Shown here piece after piece: positions 53,387 to 62,710 of a DNA stretch of 64,000 bases. The notes below the pieces were generated by a model, which was given only the letters and a program-made list of their open reading frames with translations, made no database searches and was not told the DNA's origin. Within the stretch, counting starts at the first letter, position 1. Each line of letters opens with the position of its first letter. Source of the stretch: Chiloscyllium plagiosum (Eukaryota); assembly GCF_004010195.1 (NCBI RefSeq), contig NC_057719.1, forward strand, positions 91,334,767 through 91,398,766. The letters are read 5' to 3'. A program made the translations under genes and the position numbers.

Positions 53387-53947
53387 TCTTCCAAGTTTAG
53401 CCCCGTCCCACTGTCAAGTCTGTAATTAATGTGGCGGCTCCTTGAGAGACAAAACAAACTACCGATGTTGGAATCCAAAGTAGACAAACAGGAAATTGGA
53501 ATAACACAGCAAGCCAGGCAGCTTCAGGAGGTGGAGAAGTCAATGTTTGTTAACCTTTCTTCAGGTCTAGATGTGGTGCTAGGGGGAACAACTGATAAGG
53601 TGGGGGGTGGGTTGGGAAGAGTAGCCCAATGGTGAAGGGCTGAAGAGGTCACAGTTGTGTAGCAATGAGGAAGGGATTCACTGGAGGCAGAGAACTTTGG
53701 AAGCCCAGCAGGTTGAGCAGCATCTGTGAAAAGAGAAACTGAGCGAACGTTTTCAGGCTAGGTTGACTCCTTCAAACCAGTGCTCGTTCTTGTTATGTTG
53801 GGTGTCCCTGCCAGCCGAAGTAACAAGCCTGGTCCAGTCCACATAAACGATCACAGCTGTAGTATGTTCCCTCCACCAATCCCTCAAACTTAAGTCTACC
53901 TTATCCAAGGGCTACCTGATGAAGAAGAAGCGCTCTGAATGCTTGTA

Positions 53948-54282
53948 CAGGTAGACAACCCTTTATCCGAAATCCCAAAATCTGAAGAACTCCGAAATCC
54001 GAAAATTTTCTCGTGAAGTTTTTTTTTCTCCTTAACAAGGTTGTTTGGCGTGCAAACAGTTAACCCAACTCCGCACCCACTCCATGCATGTCACTCAGAT
54101 GCAATGTGGGTGGGCGTGGCCCAGCACTGTCAGGCCTCAATTCTGTCTCAGGGCCCGTAGTACTCACTATTCGGTAAAAAATTTTTAAATTTCACCTTCA
54201 AATTTCACCATCAAATTTGAAAAATTCCAAATTCTGAAAACCAGCTAGTCCCAAGCGTTTCAGATAAAGGATTGTGTACCTG
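53948..54282. mobile_element. pogo/Tigger-type (MER46-like) MITE, 335 bp
   Basis: 25-bp TIRs CAGGTAGACAACCCTTTATCCGAAA / CAGGTACACAATCCTTTATCTGAAA (3 mismatches); TA TSD at 53946-47 and 54283-84. Confidence 0.85.
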
Positions 54283-54897
54283 TACATCCAAATAAACCTG
54301 TTGAACTATAACCTGGTGTTGTGTGATCTTTAATTTTACTCAAGTTTGGAAGGATGCCTACATATCATCCAATGCTAAGAAGATGGCTAAGCTTGATGGC
54401 ACAGAATAGACTTGCAAGTTATGTTACTTCTGAGAAATTGCATATTCTCTTGTGCATCGGGCTGCACTTAAAACTAAGTAGGAGCAAATTACTGCAAACG
54501 CTGGAATCGGTACTGGAAACAACAAGATCACAGTGGGTCAGACAGCATCTGTGGAGACTGAGCAAGCTAATGTTTCAAGTCTAGATGACTCTTCATCAGA
54601 GCTGAAGTGACGTGTGGAGGGGACAGCATTTATGCTATAGTTTGGGGTGGTGGGGATAGTGGGTGTAGAGTAATGGAGAAAAAATGTTGATAGTTGATTA
54701 AGTGAGAATGGTACAACAATGGTGTGAATACGTGCTAGACTTGAAAGGACTGACAGTCCTACTGGGTGGGGTGAGGGGAGAGAGGATCTGATAACAGAAT
54801 CTAACAAGTTAAAAAGAAAGGGAAGAAATGGGAGTTGGTTCACAATTTGAAGTTCAGTATTAAGTCCAGAAAGCTGTAAATTGCCCAGTCTGAAGAT

Positions 54898-56106
54898 GAT
54901 GTGGAAGTGCCATACTGGACTGGGTGGACAAAGTTAAAAATCACACAACATCAGATTATAGTCCAACAGGTTTATTTGGAAGCACTAGCTTTCAGAGCGC
55001 CGCTCCTTCGTCAGGTAGTTGTGGAGGATAAGATCATGATCACAGAATTTATAGCTAAAGGAGTCCAGTGTCACTCTGTAAAATTATATAGAGGGCTTGT
55101 CAGTCAGACTAAACATTAGGACACAGACAGACTTCGGACCTATTGTTAGAAAAGCTGAACTATCTTGAGAATGAACTATCATATTCCCCCGCCCATCTGA
55201 ATTTCACAGGGATTGTTCCCTCCGGGACACCCTAGTCCATTCCACAAACACCAATACCACCTCCCCTCCCCACAGCACCTTCCCATGTAACCACAGGTGA
55301 CCACTATTGCACTATACACACACACAGATACTCCTACACACACACACACAGGCACTCCTATACACACACACGGACACACATATACACAGATGCGCGCACA
55401 GACACCCACATACACTCTTACAGACACACATACTCCCACAGTCACACATTCACCCCTCACAGCTTAAGACACTGCACTCACTACACACACACACACATAC
55501 GCTTTCTCACACTCACAACCCCCAACCCAGACAGACAGACACACACACACAGACAGGCAAAGACCCACATGCACAGCTATATTTTGTGGGGTGAATTTGT
55601 ATTTGGAGGGTTACATTGTCCTTTGTTCAAAAACTGCATGCATTCATGTAGCACTCTGAGCTCAAAAACGGCATGAATTCATGTAAAACTCCGTTATCTC
55701 ACTTTTTATATTAGAATCAATCTAAACATCATGGCATAGACAGAGAACACAGGAGGCTAACACCTTCAACATATTGTCTAGCTATCACCATTGTTAACAG
55801 CTAACCTGAGAATACAACCTTTTAAAAAAAGGTTTTGTGATTTACGCATGAAAGAAGTGAAACTATCATGGTATTCTAACGGATGAAAGGCTTAACAGAC
55901 AATTTTTCAATGTATAATTTCAGTTACATCACACTGTAAATTTTTGCTATAAATTCTGTGTGTTAGGATTGAGCTCTCCACTACCACCTGATGAAGGAGC
56001 TACACTCCAAAAGCTAGTGCTTCCAATTAAACCTGTTGGACTATAACCTGGTGTTGTGTGATTTTTAACTTTGTACACCCCAGTCCAACACCAGCATCTC
56101 CAAATC
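54898..56106. mobile_element. Fold-back PLE element (family D) with CA-rich interior
   Basis: Inverted termini at about 54898-55075 and 55925-56106; hammerhead motifs at 54983-55017 (-) and 55985-56019 (+); TFPCNHR remnant at about 55277. Confidence 0.75.
55314..55575. repeat. Degenerate (CA)n-rich tract
   Basis: Direct observation. Confidence 0.85.
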
Positions 56107-56221
56107 ATCTTCAGACTAGTCACTTGTGAACCAACTCCCATTTCTTCTCTTTTTAGCTTTACTTGTTACATTTTGTAATAATTACCTCTCTCCCCTCCTC
56201 CAACCCAGTGCTTTCAGGTGT

Positions 56222-57550
56222 GACAAACAGAGGCTGGAAGAACACAGCAAGCCAGGCAGCATCAGGAGGTGGAGAAGTCAATGATTCGGGTGTAACCTTT
56301 CTTCAGGACTGAGGGTGGAATAAGGGGAGTTGGAAATAACATGGGCAGGGTTTTGGGTGGGGAGAGGAACAGAGGGTGAGGTGGTGATAGGTGAACACAG
56401 GTAGAGGGTACGACCTGGTTGATTGATGGGAGGAATGAATTTGGTTGGTGACTGGAGCCGGGGGATGGGAAGGGAGACTATTTGAAATTGGAGAGCTCAA
56501 TGTTGAGTCTTCCAACATTGGAGGACTGATTCGCTATGGCAATGGAGGAAGCTGAGGACGGTCATGTCAGAGAGGGAAGGGGAAGGGGAATTGAAATAGG
56601 CGGTTACTGAGAGGTCAGGTCAGCCCCTGCGGGTCCAGCTGAGATGCCAAGCAAAACATACCTTTAGTTTACGTTTGGTCTCACCAATATAAAGAAGATC
56701 ACATCGGGAGCACCATATACAGTAAACTAGGTTGGAGGAGAGGCAGGTGAACCTCTCCCACACCTGGAACTACTGTTTGGGGTGCTGGATGGAAGTGAAG
56801 GGTGCAGTGTGCTGGCAGGTTTAGCATCTTTTACGATTGCAGGGGAAAGTACCAGGCAGTTCCGGGTGGGGGGCAGGGGCCGGTTTGATGGGGAGAGTGG
56901 CGTGAACCAAAGATTGATGAAGTGAACGGTCCTTGCAGAATGCAGAGAAGGGTGGGGAGGGGAAGATATTCTTGGTGGTGGGCAGCCTACAGCCCAGAGA
57001 ACTCAACATCGAGTTCTCCAATTTTAAATAACCTCCCTTCCCATCCCTGACTCCCTTTCCTGCCCATCCTTCTTCCTTCCATTCCTCTGACCGACCCTTC
57101 CTGCCAGCTACCAACCAGATTCATTCCTCACATCAACTAACCAAGCCGTACCCTCTACCTGTGTTCACCTATCACTAGGAGAAAGTGAGGGCTGCAGATG
57201 CTGGAGATCAGAGCTGAAAATGTGTTGCTGGAAAAGCGCAGCAGGTCAGGCAGCATCCAAGGAACAGGAGAATCGACGTTTCGGACATAGGGCTTATGCC
57301 CGAAACGTCGATTCTCCTGTTCCTTGGATGCTGCCTGACCTGCTGCGCTTCACCTATCACTACCTCACCAGTCTGCCCTTCTCCCCACCCAAAACTATCC
57401 CCCCACCCCTGCAGCTACCCTTACACCTAGTCCTGAAGAAGAGTTACACCTGAAGAAGGGTTATGCCCAAAATGTTGACTTCTCCACCTTCTGATGCTGT
57501 CTGGCTTGCTGTGTTCTTCCAGCCTCCTGCTTGTCTACCTTGGATTCCAG
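56222..57550. mobile_element. Fold-back PLE (family B) retaining GIY-YIG endonuclease coding sequence
   Basis: Minus 56640-56735 reads NLVYCIWCSRCDLLYIGETKRKLKVCFAWHL; GTFPCNRKRC linker; inverted arms at about 56222-56520 and 56995-57550. Confidence 0.85.
57178..57350. mobile_element. Young fold-back PLE-terminus insertion (family A): 51-bp perfect arms, 14-bp TSD
   Basis: Arms 57234-57284 and 57300-57350; ttcacctatcacta at 57164-57177 and 57349-57362. Confidence 0.9.
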
Positions 57551-59232
57551 TCTGGCAGGTAGACACACCATTGTTCTGCCATTCTCACATTCCAATCACT
57601 TAATCTGGACTATCAACATCTTTTCTCCATCAGCATTAAACACCCACTACCTCTATCCCACACCCCCAAACTATATCATAAATGACATCACCTCCACAGG
57701 TTACTTCAGCTCTGATGAAAAGTCATCTACATTTGAAACGTTAGCTTGCTCTCCCTCCACAGATGCCTTCTGACCCATAGTGATCTCCAGCATCTGTTGT
57801 TTCCACTTAAGACTAAATACACATGACTGCTGCTGAAACCTTCTGACTCAAAACTGGTAACACACAAACAACTCGTACTGCACACAGACACACGACTGAC
57901 ATGTTACTGTCAAAATAGGTGCAACACAGACTGCTCAAGTTCTAAAAATATGTTGCCTTTCACAACACACCCAATTATTACAACTAAAGTTAAAAATATC
58001 CATTGACGGTAGCTTTTAAATGACATAAATCAATGGTTGACTAGTTATGTTTAGAAGAGGCTGCTTGTACTTTTGTTTTGGTTGCTTTTGTTTAATTCAT
58101 TGCCATTGCCTTTCCAAGGATATTCTATCAAGACATTCTACTCTTCCCTCGAAACAATTTTATTTGTCTCTATTGGATGTTCACCTTAATTGCTTTCTTT
58201 TACTTTCTTCATGTTTGATAAAACTTGCATTCACAGTCACTTTCTCAATCCATAAGAACTGTTTTTGGTTCAGACCTCCATATGGTTTCATATCTGATCA
58301 TGATTACAGATACCTCCAAGACATACCACATTCCTTGTGGTATGAGAGATCCACACTCAGTGCCATGTGATGCCATAACTGCACTCTCAACTTCTGTTCA
58401 GCATCAACAGACTCTATCTCAACAGTGTCCTGATCCAATGACCTTTCCTCCATCAACTAATCCAACACTTTTACAATAAACTTTTCCTTTCAAGTATTAC
58501 GGAACACAAGTCCCCTCACATGCCATCTCAGACATTTTACCTCCTCCTCCCCTTCCAAGGACATAATAGCCCAAACAGTGTAGTCAGAGCAATTTAACTC
58601 CGTGTTTTTGATCCCACTTTAAAAAACATTTCAGAATATGAAATTTCCAGGTATTGAATTGGATGGTGGTCGTTGTGACAACACCTACTCTTGGCAAATA
58701 TTTTCTTTCTTTACTCCAAGCATTATCACTCCCTTCGCCTTTTGTACCATGAAATATGGCTTTGTTATAATAATAATTTTGTAAGTTAATCTCTGTACGG
58801 TTTTCAATGTTACAGACCTTTCCATTTTGTTTTCTCCTTCTGCCCCTTTTAATTTGCTTAAGATCTATACATTTCTATTTCCCTTCAGTTCTAAAGAAAG
58901 ATTGTTTACTTGAAATATTGGACCAAAATTTCACTGACCTAGGAACCTATGGACCTTGTTCTGGGATTCCTAACCTCATTCTCGGGCTTTCCAATTTTTG
59001 GGAGTGCCTTTTAAGTGTATGGGCTGATTAAGGTCACGAGTCTGCACTCAGCATTCCTGACCTGGTGAGCTCCATTGTGTGATGGGCTAGTTCTGCATCT
59101 CTCATTTTACATGGTGTCTGTCCAGGTTTTAAAGAGTCATGTGAGAATTATGAAATAATATAGAGAAGCCTAGGTGTTTTAAAACCTTAGAAGAAATGGA
59201 CATGTATATAATAGACAACCAACACTGTCTGA

Positions 59233-59758
59233 GGTAAAAACAAGGACTGGAGATGCTGGAAACCAGAGTGTAGATTAGAGTGGTGATGGAAAAGCACAGC
59301 AGGTCAGGCAGCATCCGAGGAGCAGGAAAATCGACGAGGGTGGAGTGGATAGGAAGATAGGCAGGTAGGACAGGTCATGAGGGCGATGCTGAGCTGAAAG
59401 GTTGGAGCTAGGGTAAGGTGGGGGGGGAAATGAGGAACCTGTTGAAGTCCACACTGATGCCCTGGGGTTGAAGTGTTCCGAGGCAGAAGATGAGGCGTTC
59501 TTCCTCCAGGCGTCGGTGATGAGAGAGCAGTGGTGGAGGAGACCCAGGACCTCCATGTCCTCAGCAGAGTGGAGGTGCGGGAAGGGGAAATGAGGAAACT
59601 GGTGAAATCCACATTGATGCCATGGGGTTGAAGTGTTCCGAGGCGGAAGATGAGGCGTTCTTCCTCCAGGCTTCGGGTGGTGAGGGTGTGGCAGTGGAGG
59701 AGGCCGAGGACCTGCATGTCCTCGGCAGAGTGGGAGGGGGAGTTGAAATGTTGGGCCG
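59233..59758 (-). mobile_element. PLE 3' fragment with a duplicated GIY-YIG C-terminal segment
   Basis: MQVLGLLHC...LEEERLIFRLGTLQPHGINVDF occurs twice; TSD ctgtctga at 59225-59232 and 59759-59766. Confidence 0.85.
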
Positions 59759-60533
59759 CTGTCTGACCCTATTCCTAAATATAGGCCTTTGGCAAATTCC
59801 ATTGTTTCACAGTGGGTAATTAAGCAAAATTCTGTTCATTTCATGAAATTCGTGTTTTGGAAGCACTTCCACAAATCAGTACATTTTTCTACAAAAATCA
59901 AAACTCAAAATGAGAGATAGATGTGTGTAGAGGCAGGGTTTAATGAACATGTAGATTATGTAAAGCCAGCTGTGATGTGCTTGTACGCTGCTGGGAGGTT
60001 GGAACCCAATCAGCACATAACATGCTATCATGTACACTCATTTAAGAAACAATGTTTTAAAGAAGCTGAAAGCTTAGCTTGAGTTAGTTTGAATATCCAA
60101 ATAACCCATATTAGAACATGGTAGCAGCAGTGAAGACATGGTCTAAGATAGACAATATTTCTTTCAGATTGAGCTGAAGAACCACAAGGCTGGTGGTGGT
60201 ATAACCCAAGGGTCACCATGACTCAGAAAAGAGGAGAGGTTGAGAAGGAGAGTCCCTGAGAGAACCAAATTGCCATGGGTCTGGAGTCACGTGTAGGCCA
60301 GACCACAGAAGGACGGCAGTTTTCTTTCCTAAAGGACATTAATGAACCAGATGGGTTTTTCCAAAAATTGACAATGGATTCATGGTCATCATTAGACTCT
60401 TCATTCCAAGTTTTTTTTAATTCAAATTCCATCATCTGCCATAGTGGCATACGAACCCAGGTTCACTAGAACATTAGCTGGGGCTCTGGATTAACAGTTC
60501 AGCAATAATACAACTAGGATGTCACTTCCCCTA

Positions 60534-61245
60534 ATATTCAAGTGGACTGGGAAAATCAGATTGGTAGTGGATCCCAAGAGAACAAATTTGTGGAATATGT
60601 ATAAGACTATTTTTTGGACTAGTACAGCTCACTAGGAAGCAAGCAAACATCACCAAATCCAGAAGCAATTCTGGATTTGGTGATGTTCAATGAGTCAGGC
60701 TTGATTAGGGAGCTTAACGTGAAGGAACCCCTAGGGGCCAGTGACCATAATATGATAGAATTCACCCTGCAGTTTAAGAGGGAAGAGATTGAATCAGATG
60801 TAATAGTATTAGAACGGAGTAAAGGTAACTACAAAGACATAAAAGAGGAGTTGGTCAGAGTTGATTGGGATGGGGAGCCGAGGAGGGAAGACAGTGGAGC
60901 AGCAATGACAGGAGCTTTTGGGGGTAGTTCAAGAAGCACAGAAATTCCCCTTCCCAAGGAAGGAGAAACATACTAGGGAGAGGATAAGGTAACCATAGCT
61001 GACATGGGAAGTCAGGGACAGCGTAAAAGCAAAAGCAAAACATACAATATGATGAAGATTAGTGGGAAGCCCAATGATTAGGAAGCCTTTAAACACTAGC
61101 AGAAGATAACTAAAGAAGCAATAAGGAGGCAGAAGATGAAGTATGAGGGTAAGTTAGCTGGTAATGTAGACGAAGATTGCAAGTTTTTGTTTAACTATTG
61201 AAAGTGAGAAAGGGACAAGGGTGGACATTGGACAACTGGAAATTG
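60534..61245 (+). mobile_element. Old CR1 ORF2 fragment (EN C-terminus and linker)
   Basis: AILDLVMFNE...VKEPLGASDHNMIEF...KGNYKDIKEEL. Confidence 0.8.
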
Positions 61246-61339
61246 AGGGTAAAGCAGTTCTGAAGAACAGTCACTGGGCCCAGAATGTTAACTCTGCTTT
61301 CTGTCCACAGATGTTCTCTGACCTGATGGGGTTCACTGA

Positions 61340-61594
61340 TTTCTGATTTTGTTTCTGATTTCCAGCATCCACAAATTTTTTTGCTTTTTTGTTTAGTGTT
61401 TAACTCACTACCACTTTCAGGTACCCCCAACTTGAAGAAATTCTGCTCCTCTCTCCAGTAGGATTTTTCTGATTTTGTTTCTGATTTTCAGCATCCACAA
61501 ATTTTTTTGCTTTTTTGTTTAGTGTTTAACTCACTACCAGGTGAGGTACGCCCAACTTGAAGAAATTCTGCTCCTCTCTCCAGTAGGATTTCTG
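61340..61594. repeat. Tandem duplication of about 126 bp
   Basis: Units start at 61340 and 61466; near-identical except ctttcaggtaccc vs ggtgaggtacgcc. Confidence 0.9.
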
Positions 61595-62710
61595 TTCTAC
61601 CTTTTTGTCTTGTTCACCATCATTAATTCTATTGTCAGTCCTGGTGTTTGACAAGGAACTTGCCAAAACTCACCTTCCACAGCCACATCACATTCCTCAG
61701 TGGCTGCCTCTGGTTCAGACTCACCCACATGGATTCTAATTCAAATTTCATCCTTTGTGTTTTGAATTCACCCTGGGTCACAGGTATCTCCATGATGCAC
61801 AATGTTCCTCAGACAGCTGTTCTTGCCAGCAGATTCAAGAACAGCTTCTTCCCCATTGTTATCAGACCTATCAACAGACCTCTCATATATTAGAGTTGAT
61901 CATCTTTCTCTGCACCTTCTCTGTAGTGTAACACTATATTCGGCATTCTATTACCCAGATGTACTTAAGTCAGATATGATTTGCCTCTATGGCATGCAAA
62001 ACAATACTTTTCACTGTAATTCAGTACATGTGACAACAATCAAATCAAATCAAATTGCCGCATCCTTAGATCCACACTCAGTGCTATGCATCACCACATG
62101 CATATTCTCAATCTCTCTCTCCACCAGCACTGCCTCACACTAGCTCAAAGCCACCCTGCTCCCCAGTTCCACTTCATCCTCCAGCATATTTGATATTCTA
62201 ACAAGAAACTGTTTCTTTTCCTTTCAGGCATTCAAACACACAAGATGCAACAACTCAGAGATACCCATATCCCTTCGAAACCTTCTTCCCTTCCCCATCA
62301 CTCTGACTTCCTCCCCTGTCCCAACCCCATCTCCTGTCTAGTATTTACTATCCCTTCTGATCTACGGCTGTCTGATGCTGACATTCTGTACTTAGCAAAG
62401 GTGTTCTGAAGAAGGGTTACTGGACCTGAGACATTAACTCTACTTTCTCTCCACAGGTGCTGCAGGACCTGCTGAGCTTTTCCAGCAATTTCTGATTTTG
62501 TTCGTGAAATAGTAGTAATGTGGAACAAAGAAATACTGGAGCAACCAATTAAGTATTTTCCATCAGGCTTCATGATGCAAGAAACAGTGACATTTTAGAA
62601 CTTCAAAGAGTAAGGGAGCAGAGGTGAGTGAAGTGGCCATCACTAAGTAGAAGGTGCTTGGGATGGTGAAAAGTGTGAAGGTGAATAAATCACCTCGACT
62701 GGATGAACTC

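Larger units (their letters stand above)
52700..53410. promoter_or_regulatory. CpG-island promoter of TTBK2
   Basis: Sharp rise in GC and CpG density against a CpG-depleted background. GC boxes (ccccgccc about 53077 and 53343). CCAAT boxes at 53100-53104 (-), 53208-53212 (+) and 53259-53263 (-). Confidence 0.85.
54480..57805. mobile_element. Outer fold-back PLE element (family C): left arm about 54480-54900; right arm about 56104-56221 plus 57550-57805
   Basis: Arms are diverged reverse complements (aaatgggagttggttcacaa / ttgtgaaccaactcccattt); hammerhead motifs at 54565-54603 (-) and 57708-57746 (+). Confidence 0.75.
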
